64,000 nt of DNA from an uncultured virus (IMG/VR IMGVR_UViG_3300042934_000107) (Duplodnaviria > Heunggongvirae > Uroviricota > Caudoviricetes): IMG/VR virus record IMGVR_UViG_3300042934_000107; one strand, written 5' to 3'. This document shows, one piece after another, positions 47,281-57,494 of the stretch. The notes beneath the pieces were generated by a model that was not told the origin of the DNA, searched no databases, and worked only from the letters and a program-made list of their open reading frames with translations. The position numbers were made by a program, and so were the translations under genes. How positions within the stretch are numbered: the first letter of the stretch is position 1; every line of letters begins with the position of its first letter.

Positions 47281-47603
47281 TATTTTTCATTCTCCTTTAC
47301 AAATTTTTCTACTTGTTGCCGCAACCATTCGGATGGTTTAATCCCTTTTTGTAAGCACTTAATTTTAAACTGTTTTCGTAATGACTCTTTAGCTATAAAT
47401 TGAATGTGTATATTATAATCTTCTTCATGATCACAGTCGGTTTCACCGCAAATATCGCATTCAAACATTAAACCACTCCTTTTAATATTCCTTATATTTA
47501 CATTATAACTCATGATGTCATGATTGTCAATATAAATAACACCATCAATAGTACTATAATTATCACCGACACTAGTGTTAGTTTTAACAAAAAGAGACAC
47601 CAT
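47280..47603 (-). CDS. RHH/CopG-like regulator (true start probably internal)
   Basis: C-terminus homologous to 3494..3685. Confidence 0.6.
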   Translation of the reverse strand: MVSLFVKTNTSVGDNYSTIDGVIYIDNHDIMSYNVNIRNIKRSGLMFECDICGETDCDHEEDYNIHIQFIAKESLRKQFKIKCLQKGIKPSEWLRQQVEKFVKENEK

Positions 47604-47900
47604 TTATTTCGGTATCTCCCATTCAGGTACTTCTCTTTTTGCTTTAACATCGGCATTAAACTGCATTATTAATCTCTCTATAATTTCACTTTGCAACCCT
47701 TTACGATTTCCCACAATAGCCTTAAATTCTTCTAATACTTCATTGCGTATATAAGGTGTTATTCTGCTCCTAGTGTCAACATATTTAGGCTTATCAACAT
47801 CAACAAGACTAGTTATGTCGTTGGTACTGGTACTATCACTATCTTTAGTACTAGTTTTAATCATACTATCCTGCGCCCTCTTAGGTACTTTAAATGTCAC
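47604..47900 (-). CDS. ParA partner (probable centromere-binding RHH protein)
   Basis: Overlaps parA end; RITPYIRNEVLEEF RHH-like. Confidence 0.65.
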   Translation of the reverse strand: MTFKVPKRAQDSMIKTSTKDSDSTSTNDITSLVDVDKPKYVDTRSRITPYIRNEVLEEFKAIVGNRKGLQSEIIERLIMQFNADVKAKREVPEWEIPK

Positions 47901-48663
47901 GTTTCAACAACTCCTCAACGAATATTTTGTAGGGCTCAATTGCTTTAGTTATCTCTGGATTATCTGTAAATCCATATGAAGATAATCTTTCTATTTCAAC
48001 CATATTTTTTATTTCGGTATCAAATACAAGCCCTTTATAAACCTCCCTAGCTTCGGCTAAGTATGCTTTGTGATTTGATTTTCTGTAATCAATTTTACTA
48101 GGTAGTATACCCAATATTTTAAGATTAGGATTATTTCTTTGTTGTGCTATCTTAGCTGTTGTTAAGAGTCTTCCTATAGCGCGATAACACCACTCTTCTG
48201 GAACGTATGGCATTATCAAGCCATCAGCAAAAGAGATAGCGTTTATAGTCTGATCGCTCAATGCTGGTGGAGTATCTATAATAATATAATCGTATTCGCT
48301 TTTTAATGGCTCTAGCGTGCGTTTTAAGACGAGATTTTCATTACCCTTATACTTTGTATATAGCCATCTAGGAAAACGTGCCATGTGATCGTCAGCAGGG
48401 ATTACATGTAAATTATCATTTGCTTTCCACATACAATTATCAGTATTAAGTTTTACCATAGCATCGTACAAAGTTCTCTGATAGAATTCATCAGTATCCT
48501 GGTTAAGTAGTAAACTAGATACATTTCCTTGATTGTCTAAGTCACCTACCAATACCTTGTAACCCATTTCACTAAGTATAAAAGATAGTGAACCTGATAA
48601 AGTTGTCTTTGTTGCTCCCCCTTTCTGCATGCAAGTAGCTATTACCTTTGCCAATTTCCCCAT
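47890..48663 (-). CDS. parA: ParA/Soj-family partition ATPase
   Basis: QKGGATKTT, DLDNQGN, YDYIIIDTPP. Confidence 0.92.
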   Translation of the reverse strand: MGKLAKVIATCMQKGGATKTTLSGSLSFILSEMGYKVLVGDLDNQGNVSSLLLNQDTDEFYQRTLYDAMVKLNTDNCMWKANDNLHVIPADDHMARFPRWLYTKYKGNENLVLKRTLEPLKSEYDYIIIDTPPALSDQTINAISFADGLIMPYVPEEWCYRAIGRLLTTAKIAQQRNNPNLKILGILPSKIDYRKSNHKAYLAEAREVYKGLVFDTEIKNMVEIERLSSYGFTDNPEITKAIEPYKIFVEELLKRDI

Positions 48664-48934
48664 GTGTACCCCCTTGTTGATAGTGTTAGTACTATCAATG
48701 GTTTTATATACAGCGTTATATTAGGCAAATTTCACAAATATCCTGCAAATAAAAATAATCCTGCACTAGCGGTTAGGCTGTACAGGATGTGTGTTGTCCA
48801 CATATCAACATGGTTGACCATATGTTGTAGTCTATTTTGTTAATCTTTTATTTTCTGTTAATGTTTTTATAAATTTTAAAAAACTAAGATTTTATATATT
48901 TTAAAATTCCTTTTTGTGATTTTTGAAAAACGGA

Positions 48935-49768
48935 TTAATTAAAGTTTAATTGCTGTGGATAAACTTCCGCTACAAAGCATTCTATTAATATTCTTATATT
49001 TTCATCAGCCAAAAAACTGAGTATGTGATGATAATTTGAACTTTGTTTCCTAGATAGGTGCTTGTCCATTATAAATCTCATTCCGTAATCACTTAAAATG
49101 CTTTCTTCGTCAGTGTGTGGATCTGTAAATCCTGTAGTGATCAATTCTCTTATCTTAATGTACGCTGTTTTTTGCTCTTCAATGGTCATTTTATAGTGAT
49201 CATTATTATGTATTGCCTTATATCTGCCAAAATAGTACTCTAATAATCCTTTGACTGATTCGTTCTTAATATCAGCACGTTGCTGTTCGCTGAACAACAA
49301 CCTATTATATTCAGTAATCTTTGCCGTAATATCTGCGGTAGTCTTTGTTAAAGAATCTTCAATTTTTAACTTTCCATTTTCAATTATTTCACTTTCCTTA
49401 TTGAAAAATTTAAATAACCAGTCAATAAAAGGTTTCTGGAGCAATTTATAGTGAATTGTAGGGTTTCCATTAGCCTTTTTTAGCTTAGTTTCTAATATTC
49501 CTTCTGACTCTAATTTCTTCCTAGCCTTGTTTATTTCATAGCTAGAAAGAAAAGTTTCCTCTGTCCATTCTTTAGCTGTTTTATAAATAAATCCGTCTTT
49601 TCTAGATCCCTTATCACACCAATAAACTAATTGCGATAAGAAGACACCACCACTTAAGTCTCCCATAGCTTTACAAAACAGCCTAGGTACTGCGATTGTA
49701 TTCTTTTCTCCAATGACTTCTTTCATCATCATGAAAACTTGTTGCTGAAAACTTTCTTTTTCTTCCAA
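48935..49768 (-). CDS. Plasmid-state replication initiator (HTH Rep), TTG start
   Basis: LSQLVYW..DGFIYKT..EW.EET.LS..EI..ARKKL; AGGAGG 9 nt before TTG; next to parA. Confidence 0.75.
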   Translation of the reverse strand: MEEKESFQQQVFMMMKEVIGEKNTIAVPRLFCKAMGDLSGGVFLSQLVYWCDKGSRKDGFIYKTAKEWTEETFLSSYEINKARKKLESEGILETKLKKANGNPTIHYKLLQKPFIDWLFKFFNKESEIIENGKLKIEDSLTKTTADITAKITEYNRLLFSEQQRADIKNESVKGLLEYYFGRYKAIHNNDHYKMTIEEQKTAYIKIRELITTGFTDPHTDEESILSDYGMRFIMDKHLSRKQSSNYHHILSFLADENIRILIECFVAEVYPQQLNFN

Positions 49769-49806
49769 AATAAAAAACCTCCTACCTTTTATTGACTGGC
49801 AGGAGG
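49769..49806 (-). terminator. Attenuator hairpin sequestering rep RBS
   Basis: CCUCCUGCC/GGUAGGAGG 9-bp stem followed by UUUUUUAUU. Confidence 0.7.
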
Positions 49807-49826
49807 GAGATATGTTACAATACAGG

Positions 49827-49900
49827 TAAGTTAATACCTTGTCCTCCTGCAACGAGGGCAACCGACCTAGCGACTTTGGCGAGTTGTTAGGTCTTTAATT
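49827..49900 (+). ncRNA. Antisense copy-control RNA of element B
   Basis: TTGACT-18-TACAAT promoter (49792..49821); terminator GACCTAGCGACT/AGTTGTTAGGTC 49864..49893. Confidence 0.7.
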
Positions 49901-50126
49901 TATTATAACATTATTTATTAAATTTTTCTAGTATAATTTGTCAGTAAATTGCATATAATAGGTAGTTACAAAAAAATAACCCCCACCAATTAAGGCAGGG
50001 GTTTTGTTATGTATAAACGATTTTGCCAACGCTGGCAATATGGGAACTGTCCGGTATTTCCGGATTGTTGTGGATAATTTGAATTATTTTATAATGTTCT
50101 CCCAGGGGCGTTTTTTATTTCACAAA

Positions 50127-50756
50127 CTAAAACTTAATTCCGACACCAGCATATTGAGCATCTTTACTAACCACTACTTGATAAGCACTAATACGGCTTA
50201 AACTTCCTGTATACCCTATAGCAGGGTTTATTTGTCCATCAATATACATTACCCCTGCCGTCAATACATTGTGGCGTGTAAGGTCAATTGTAGGGATTTT
50301 AATGTCCATGTCTACGGTAGATGATTGAGTCATTGTAACTTTACCATTCTCAAACTTCTGATTCTCACCTTGCAGCAAGTCGAATTTATAGTCCTTGCCG
50401 TTTACCTTAACGCCTACTTTTGTTTTATCTGCATCAAGCTTAACGTCAGTAGCTTCTTTTTCAGTTACTGTGTTACCAGCAGCATCTTTGTATATGATAG
50501 TTTCCTTTGGAACATATGCAATCTGTGTATCAGTAACAACCTTTACCTTTTCAGTAACAATTGGATCTGCTTGTACTGTTTTAACCTCCGTATTTAGCGT
50601 AGGAAAGTAGTTTTTAGTGATGTATGAACCAACTATGCAACCAGCAACAAAAGCTGCTAGAATCGCAATTATGAGCGTTTTATAAGTATATCCTTTGTTG
50701 TCGGTTGATGTGTTTAGTTTTGCATTGACTATGTCTAGGATTTCTTGCTCTGTCAT
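50127..50756 (-). CDS. Spanin-slot protein: N-terminal TM and beta-stranded C-terminus ending in Phe
   Basis: TM LIIAILAAFVAGCIVG; ends QYAGVGIKF; directly after endolysin slot. Confidence 0.6.
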   Translation of the reverse strand: MTEQEILDIVNAKLNTSTDNKGYTYKTLIIAILAAFVAGCIVGSYITKNYFPTLNTEVKTVQADPIVTEKVKVVTDTQIAYVPKETIIYKDAAGNTVTEKEATDVKLDADKTKVGVKVNGKDYKFDLLQGENQKFENGKVTMTQSSTVDMDIKIPTIDLTRHNVLTAGVMYIDGQINPAIGYTGSLSRISAYQVVVSKDAQYAGVGIKF

Positions 50757-51325
50757 AGCAAATCACGCACATAATTATAAGTGTTGTTTGCCCTGTTAGC
50801 ATATCCTAATGCGTACCGTTCCCCTACATCAGCAGCAATGTAATAACTATCTATAAACATGTCTCGCAATATTTCTAAATTGCGAATATCATAGTCGTAC
50901 TGTCGTCTTCTTAAGAAGTTGCGAACTACGTAATGAGATGTAGGACACCATATGCCAGCATAAATAAAGCATTTGCTATCATCTAGATTTTCTACCTGGT
51001 TGAGGAAAGGCACATATAGTTCAAGGCAATCCTGAGTTAAAATCATCTGTTGTGCAATTTGTCCTTGTTCTGAATTTAGCAGATCCCTTAACTCTTGCTT
51101 TTCTCCGCTATCTATAATATCTGAATAGGTGCGTCCCATAAACTTCTGAGCACCATCTATATAGCTTAATAACGCATCTCCGCGACCATTTATACCCTCC
51201 CACGATGAAACACCCATACAAGGGTAATCTCCCGCTGTAGAGCAGCACACGTTGTCGTAGCTACCTTCGACACCTGTGTTGATAATGCCAAGTGCTATTT
51301 CTCTTGCAAGTTCTTCATTTATCAC
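50753..51325 (-). CDS. Probable endolysin (lysozyme-like, family not recognised)
   Basis: Between holin and spanin-slot gene; VEG.Y, MGVSSW, GYANR. Confidence 0.55.
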   Translation of the reverse strand: MINEELAREIALGIINTGVEGSYDNVCCSTAGDYPCMGVSSWEGINGRGDALLSYIDGAQKFMGRTYSDIIDSGEKQELRDLLNSEQGQIAQQMILTQDCLELYVPFLNQVENLDDSKCFIYAGIWCPTSHYVVRNFLRRRQYDYDIRNLEILRDMFIDSYYIAADVGERYALGYANRANNTYNYVRDLL

Positions 51326-51543
51326 TATGGTTTTACTCCCTTCTCACTATTGTTTACAGAGTCGTTTACTCTTCCCAATAAGATATAGGCTCTTATAACT
51401 CCGTAAAACGTTGTTAATCTGTCAAGATCATATTTTAAGATCTGTTCGGCATTATGAAACCATGCATAAAGCCAGAGTACACCAAAAAGAACGTCCACAA
51501 TGTGAACGTTCTGCGCTATAAATGTTTTTGCTTTATCTAACAC
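51325..51543 (-). CDS. Holin-like membrane protein
   Basis: Two hydrophobic segments; tail like 8078..8299. Confidence 0.65.
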   Translation of the reverse strand: MLDKAKTFIAQNVHIVDVLFGVLWLYAWFHNAEQILKYDLDRLTTFYGVIRAYILLGRVNDSVNNSEKGVKP

Positions 51544-51790
51544 GGTTACCTCCTGGCTTCAATATCTTTCCTAATTCCTCTACCTGTGAAGGTGTGGCAA
51601 TAATTCCTGCCTGGTGCAAAGATATTGATAGACTTTTATTTACTGAATTGGTATATTTAACATATATAGGGCGAGATCTACTCTGATACGCTTTGCTGTA
51701 TCCGTAGTGATACGCCATACCTGAGAAGAAGCATATGATAAGAAAAACATACATTACATATAAAGATTGTTTGTGATTTAAGAAATTCAT
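51533..51790 (-). CDS. Single-TM lysis-region protein
   Basis: N-terminal TM. Confidence 0.55.
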   Translation of the reverse strand: MNFLNHKQSLYVMYVFLIICFFSGMAYHYGYSKAYQSRSRPIYVKYTNSVNKSLSISLHQAGIIATPSQVEELGKILKPGGNRVR

Positions 51791-51799
51791 ATAACCTCC

Positions 51800-52018
51800 T
51801 TAATGCTTGATTGCTGCGAATACTGCAATGCCAGTGGTAATCAGCCAAAGTAGTAAAACCTTGCTACCTGTCCACTGATTGACAGTTCCTTCTAGATTGC
51901 GGATACGTTCTTCTAGTTTCATTTCCTCTGTATTGCTCATTTTAGTTTTAATAATTGCCACGTCTATTGCTATAGCATCTAGTTTAGAGTCTAGTATACG
52001 GACTAGTTCATCACTCAT
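51800..52018 (-). CDS. XhlA-like coiled coil plus TM protein
   Basis: LEERIRNLE; C-terminal TM. Confidence 0.65.
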   Translation of the reverse strand: MSDELVRILDSKLDAIAIDVAIIKTKMSNTEEMKLEERIRNLEGTVNQWTGSKVLLLWLITTGIAVFAAIKH

Positions 52019-52064
52019 TTTCCCTCCTGTATGGTAACTGATTTTTATAAAGGTGGTGTGAATC

Positions 52065-52559
52065 GTGAATGATTATCATGAATCAGGCAACACGATTGTT
52101 TGGATACTAATTTTAGGATTTCTTGGAATACCATTCTTTTTTTACGAAGGATCAACGCTGCAGAATAGTGTCGCTGTTTTTTTTGGTGTTGATATTTTTA
52201 CAATATTAATGACTGTAGTAGCTTTTGGTGGTTTTTTTTACTTTATTATTCCTGGAATTGGGTCAACAAGATGGAGAAGAACTGTAGCAATATTTTTGAT
52301 ATGGATCTCATGCTTATTGATATACGGGACTACAACTAACATTAACGATTTAACGTTAGCCGTCCAAGGTAAAAAAACATTAAGTCCACCAACTATTGAA
52401 AACGGATTTAAACATATCCCTAATCCTCCAAAATCATCAATGTTGACCAATATCAATAAGTTAAATAATGAAAGGAACTTTTTATTCGCTGTTTTAGCTA
52501 CTGGTTTAGTGATGTTTTATCCAGAAATTAGAAAGTATAGTATAAGTAAAATTAAGTGA
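52065..52559 (+). CDS. Moron-like multi-TM membrane protein
   Basis: Opposite strand, about 4 TM, convergent on large ejection gene. Confidence 0.7.
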   Translation: MNDYHESGNTIVWILILGFLGIPFFFYEGSTLQNSVAVFFGVDIFTILMTVVAFGGFFYFIIPGIGSTRWRRTVAIFLIWISCLLIYGTTTNINDLTLAVQGKKTLSPPTIENGFKHIPNPPKSSMLTNINKLNNERNFLFAVLATGLVMFYPEIRKYSISKIK

Positions 52560-52566
52560 GAATATT

Positions 52567-55500
52567 TTAATTCCCTCTCGCTTTTTCTCTTTGCCATGAT
52601 TTATTTGTTTCTTTTAACTCTTTGCCTAATTCCTTTAGCTGACTTTGATGTTCTTTTAATCTTTCGATTTTTTGCTCTTTTGGCAAAGATTGATCTTTTG
52701 CTATTTGATTCATTACAGCTTTAATATTTCTCTGCTCGCTAGTCAATACAGTTACCTTTTGATTGTAAAGTTCTTGTGTATTAATTGGAACGTTTTTCAA
52801 CCCTAAAAATGATTGAGCGAAAGCACTCGGCAAATCGTATTGCCTTCCCTTGGAATCAACTCTACCTTGGATAGCATTGCTTAACTTATCTCCTGCATAG
52901 TTACCAGGGAGAGGGACAGAAGGTGCTATTGCATTATAAGCAAAATTTGCCCATTCCTTCATCCGCTCTGCATCTGTCATTCCTGGCTTTATAACCTGCT
53001 GACCTAAAGAGTTTTTACCAGATTTGAAAAGAAGATATGCGTCACTAACTGGATTGCCAAATTTATAATCATTAGCGAAAGGCAGTATATATGATAAGTC
53101 TAAATTATTTTGTACCTTTTGCTCCTTGCCATTAACTGTTCTTGTTCCATCACCTAATGGAAGTAACGTCCTTGACTTCATATAATCAGGCATAATCTTT
53201 TCGCGGTCTTCATTATTAACTTGATTCTGTGCCTTAGTAAATTTACTCAACTGTGCGGGATTTTCATATGCAGCCTTTAACGTTGCCTTTCCAGCAAAGT
53301 AAGGGAACTTAGCGAACGGCATTATCCCAGTCTTTGAAAACATATTAATCAATTCAGGAGCACTAGAATAATCAAATAGTGCTTTATTGGCTATCTGTGC
53401 AGCTTCTTTAATTGATTTACCTTGATCTCTATGATAAGCATAAGTTGCAACACGCCAAAATTCATCAGGCTTGCCGAATTTATCCATTCCCCATTCGGCA
53501 GCTTTTTTAATACCTGTAGGCTTATCGCCAATAATATTTCTTAACTCTTGTTTCTGCCACACATTCCCTAGTATACCAGTGCCTTTTACCTCGCGCATTA
53601 GTTCGCTCTTATTACCTCCGCGCATTGCTTGTGTAGCTTTCATCATATATTTTGGCATAGCTTGCATTGGTAAACCGCCAAATACATTAGCCATAGGGAT
53701 TCCAGAATAAAAGTTCCTCATGGTTGATGCAGGATTAGCTAACTTTGCAACCTTGAACCAGCTTACAGCCTTTTGCCAACCTTGTACTAATTCGGATGAA
53801 CTAGCACCAGTGCCAGTCAACTTAATAACTTGATCGTGAATATCTTTAGGAACCCATTTGCCAGCCAATGCACCGTATGCTTTAGATTCAGGTATAGGAA
53901 CGTACTGCCTACGCTTTGGTAATGTTCTTGATAAGTCGGCTGCCTCATCGCCTGTTTTACCCCATACAGTATTGATTCTATTTAAGTATTCGTCCTCTCT
54001 AAGCGTTTTAGAAGATCGGTTTAAGGTGTCCATGATACGATACTCAGGATCTTTAATAAGACCCAGTTTTTTCATGGTATCGTCTGACAATGTTTGACGT
54101 TGGATAAAGTCTTTAGTATCTACTTTATGTACTGCTCCATAACCTTGACCGCCTGGAGCTTTTGATTTGTTTAACGTTTGGTACACTCTTCTATATTCTT
54201 CTTCTGTACCATTTTTGCGTAATGCTTCAAGGAACTTATCAGGAGTTTCATACTGTTCAAATGAACGCCTTAAATGCTCTCCGTCTAGATATGATACATA
54301 CGCTTCATCAGATAGTCTACCTGTTGCTCTTAAAGCGTCCGCATTTGCTTTATTTCGCTTTATAAATTGTTCTCCTATGGTTTCTATTGCTTTTCGTAAT
54401 CCAGTGTCTGGAATCGAATTTAAAACGCTTTCACGTGTTATTGTATCAGGAATTAACTTTGCTGGACTTAGTGCAGTTTCTTTTGCTACACGTTGAGAGT
54501 TTTGAAGAAGGTAATCGGGAATTTCTTTGTTTGCATCACGTAGAACGTTGAATGCTTCGCTTTTTGTGACGTTGCCTTTATTTATTTCATCGAGCAACTT
54601 TCCTGAATCGCTTGCAGACACAATGCTATTCTTTATTGCAGATGTGTCGGCATTTTTAAATACTGATTTTATTTGACTTGGACTAAAGGGGATTATCTCG
54701 GCGCCAGCATCAATTTTACCGCTAACTGATAATATTATTCCGTCATGACCTTGGCTTTGTAGTATCTTTTTGAATTTCTCTGTTGTTTCAGGTGTTTTCG
54801 TTATTGACCGTATATGATTAACGTTGCTGATAATATAAGGATTTTTAATTGATACGTTTGAAGGTCTTATATTACCGCCAATCCTTTGCGCGTAATTGGC
54901 TGCAACTTGTGGATCGCTTGAAAAGAAAAATCCTAAATTTGAAATTCTATTAACTCTATCTCCACTAGCTATTTTATTAGGATCAAAGTTATCAAAAGTA
55001 GAGTTTGTTCCATGATAAACAGTTAATGGTTTGCCTTGCTCATCAGCTATTTTAGTTCCAGATAAAAAACTGTTATTTGCTTTTTCCTCCAAAGAACCCG
55101 ACTTGCTGACAGGACTTGCTTCTATATAGTCAGTAAGTTTATTTGCATCTTCGCCGTACTGGCTTTTGAGGTTCCTAACACTATCAACTAAATCATCGGC
55201 ACCTAATTGATCTGTAGCCCTGCCAGCATTAAAATCAAATGCTTGATCCGCTACTCTATTTTTACCTAAAGCATCCTCCGCAAAGGCAATCGCCTTTTGT
55301 CCTGCCTCTGTGCTTCTTGCAGCGTTTACAGCAGGGTTAATAAGGTTGTCAGTTAATCCTATAGCCTTACTACCTTCTGACACGCCTTTAGCTATTTTAG
55401 CAGGTGTAACGAACCATAGTGGATCTAAAGCAACGTCAGCAGCAAATCCGGTGACCGCTGCCGTTTTAGGGTTTTCTTTTACCCATTCAGGATTGAAAGT

Positions 55501-55890
55501 TTCCTTCCAAGATGTGTTTTCATCCCAACCTCTTTGTAACCCTTCTAGTACAGGAGAATCGTTCTGCAATGCCACTGTAGCACCAGCTAAAGCACCTCTA
55601 GGCTTATCTAGATAAGATAAGCCCTCTAATGCTGCTGAAGCTGGTTCTTTTACCACGTCCCATGCGTTACCCAGGAAGTTCATGATTCCGTTTTGCTCTT
55701 GTTCCGGCTGTTGCGCTTGCTGTTGCGACATGTACTGATCATAGACACTGTTGCCAGTAGTTGTTGGTGACCGCTGTTGAACATACGCATTATCATCACT
55801 GGATACAGACGACATGTAATCATCATATACACGATTACCTGTTGAGTTGTTGGCAGATTGTTTTGCCATAAAATCATCATATATTGACAA
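52567..55890 (-). CDS. Large ejection/polyvalent protein with ART-like domain
   Basis: GKPLTVYHGT..FDNFD, GFFFSSD..VA.NYA, GHDGII, E...F.PSQIKS; LFDYS/PFAKFPY C-terminal motifs. Confidence 0.78.
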   Translation of the reverse strand: MSIYDDFMAKQSANNSTGNRVYDDYMSSVSSDDNAYVQQRSPTTTGNSVYDQYMSQQQAQQPEQEQNGIMNFLGNAWDVVKEPASAALEGLSYLDKPRGALAGATVALQNDSPVLEGLQRGWDENTSWKETFNPEWVKENPKTAAVTGFAADVALDPLWFVTPAKIAKGVSEGSKAIGLTDNLINPAVNAARSTEAGQKAIAFAEDALGKNRVADQAFDFNAGRATDQLGADDLVDSVRNLKSQYGEDANKLTDYIEASPVSKSGSLEEKANNSFLSGTKIADEQGKPLTVYHGTNSTFDNFDPNKIASGDRVNRISNLGFFFSSDPQVAANYAQRIGGNIRPSNVSIKNPYIISNVNHIRSITKTPETTEKFKKILQSQGHDGIILSVSGKIDAGAEIIPFSPSQIKSVFKNADTSAIKNSIVSASDSGKLLDEINKGNVTKSEAFNVLRDANKEIPDYLLQNSQRVAKETALSPAKLIPDTITRESVLNSIPDTGLRKAIETIGEQFIKRNKANADALRATGRLSDEAYVSYLDGEHLRRSFEQYETPDKFLEALRKNGTEEEYRRVYQTLNKSKAPGGQGYGAVHKVDTKDFIQRQTLSDDTMKKLGLIKDPEYRIMDTLNRSSKTLREDEYLNRINTVWGKTGDEAADLSRTLPKRRQYVPIPESKAYGALAGKWVPKDIHDQVIKLTGTGASSSELVQGWQKAVSWFKVAKLANPASTMRNFYSGIPMANVFGGLPMQAMPKYMMKATQAMRGGNKSELMREVKGTGILGNVWQKQELRNIIGDKPTGIKKAAEWGMDKFGKPDEFWRVATYAYHRDQGKSIKEAAQIANKALFDYSSAPELINMFSKTGIMPFAKFPYFAGKATLKAAYENPAQLSKFTKAQNQVNNEDREKIMPDYMKSRTLLPLGDGTRTVNGKEQKVQNNLDLSYILPFANDYKFGNPVSDAYLLFKSGKNSLGQQVIKPGMTDAERMKEWANFAYNAIAPSVPLPGNYAGDKLSNAIQGRVDSKGRQYDLPSAFAQSFLGLKNVPINTQELYNQKVTVLTSEQRNIKAVMNQIAKDQSLPKEQKIERLKEHQSQLKELGKELKETNKSWQREKARGN

Positions 55891-55935
55891 TTCACTTGCC
55901 TCCTCTATCTATTATAATTACGGTAACTAGTCAGA

Positions 55936-57483
55936 TTAATCGCCACCTCTACCATATTCTAGCAATTCGTCTGTATTTATAGGTTGGTAAACTTCTCGTG
56001 GTGATACTTGTCTAGGTTGTTGTTGACCGCCTCTGTTCTGTTCTTCCCATACCATGTCATTAATAATTTGCTCTGGCGCCCCGTTATTTCTCATGTTTGC
56101 TATCATTCCGTCAATACGATTATCGCCTGTGTTTTGTACGGCTCCGCCACCACCGCCACCTTCACCACCATACCCTAACTCTTGCGCTAATTGTGCAGCT
56201 AATTGAGGATTGTTTTGTACTCTTGTCATTACAGGCTTACCACTGTAATCCGTTTCTCCAGTAGGTTGCAATGAATAGCCAGATGCCCATTTATACATGG
56301 ACATTTTTTGCGCTGATGTACCACCAACACCACTACCGCCTCTAGCTGCTAATGCTGATCTTGAATTTGCAGCAGATATATCTTGACCTCTCATGGTAAT
56401 ATCTTGCCCTCTGCGCGTTAACTCGCCTTGTTGTTTCTCGCCAGGAGACAGCTGCTTTTCTGTCCACTCTCCGGCATTGCCAGGTACAGCCATTTGGAAA
56501 GATCCATCGTCAAAGCGTTCACCATTCTTCTTAACCATTACGTAACGATACGCACCGCCATTATCTTCTTTCTGCATGACAACATCGCCTTGGCTCATTA
56601 GTTCTTTCATAAGTCCAAGGTCTGCACCTTCACGCCCTATGCGCTTCATTCCCTGATTATATTGTGCAAGAGTAGCAATAAACTTTGCTTTACTACCGCT
56701 TGTTTGAAAGTCCATATTCATGAATTGATCTAACTTGCTGTCTAAACTTTGAGCATATTCTTCTGCTTTATTGTTAAAGTCTTCTTCTGTTCTTTTATTT
56801 ACTGTATCTTGAACGAGAGAAAATGCGTCTCTAGCTGGCATTCCTCTTTTAACTAATTCTTTTATAGCAGCAGCAGATTGATCTTTATACTGCTTTGCAA
56901 TGTTAGTTCTAACGGGTGCTGCCAATTGGTTAGTGGTAGTTTGATTGTTTTTAACAGGCGTAGGCGATAAATCTACTGCATTACCAGACGCTGTAACAGT
57001 ATCATTCTGTGCGATATCTGGTCTATCACCTACATACACCTTACTTGCAGGATTAACGCCTTGTCTGTACCATTCTGGGTTTGCTTGTACCGCCTGGGTA
57101 AATTGTGCCTGCTGATCGTTAGTTTGTTGGGTTGGTTGTTGCGTGGCAAAAGCTGTGCCATTAGGACTCAATAGACCTGACATACGTTGCTGTACATTTT
57201 GTTGTTGGGGTTGCATTTGCGCAAGTTGTTGAGCTCCTAAATTCTGCGCTGTTGGCTGCTGCGATTGATCGCCATACTGAGGCGCAAAGTTTATATTTGG
57301 CATTTGTGCAGGGTTTGGTAGTAACCCTGTTTGTTCTGTTGGGGTTGGACTTCTTATTCCTTCAATAGTATTGGCAATTGCAGCTTCATTACGCTGTCTG
57401 GCATTGTTCCCCATAATCGTCCCAATCAACCCAAATAATCCTTCATATGGATTAATCCCTGGTGTTGACATTCTGTAGTTCAT
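55936..57483 (-). CDS. Internal virion/ejection protein
   Basis: Gln-rich; RGQDITMRGQDI motif; position. Confidence 0.65.
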   Translation of the reverse strand: MNYRMSTPGINPYEGLFGLIGTIMGNNARQRNEAAIANTIEGIRSPTPTEQTGLLPNPAQMPNINFAPQYGDQSQQPTAQNLGAQQLAQMQPQQQNVQQRMSGLLSPNGTAFATQQPTQQTNDQQAQFTQAVQANPEWYRQGVNPASKVYVGDRPDIAQNDTVTASGNAVDLSPTPVKNNQTTTNQLAAPVRTNIAKQYKDQSAAAIKELVKRGMPARDAFSLVQDTVNKRTEEDFNNKAEEYAQSLDSKLDQFMNMDFQTSGSKAKFIATLAQYNQGMKRIGREGADLGLMKELMSQGDVVMQKEDNGGAYRYVMVKKNGERFDDGSFQMAVPGNAGEWTEKQLSPGEKQQGELTRRGQDITMRGQDISAANSRSALAARGGSGVGGTSAQKMSMYKWASGYSLQPTGETDYSGKPVMTRVQNNPQLAAQLAQELGYGGEGGGGGGAVQNTGDNRIDGMIANMRNNGAPEQIINDMVWEEQNRGGQQQPRQVSPREVYQPINTDELLEYGRGGD

Positions 57484-57494
57484 ATTTTCACCTC

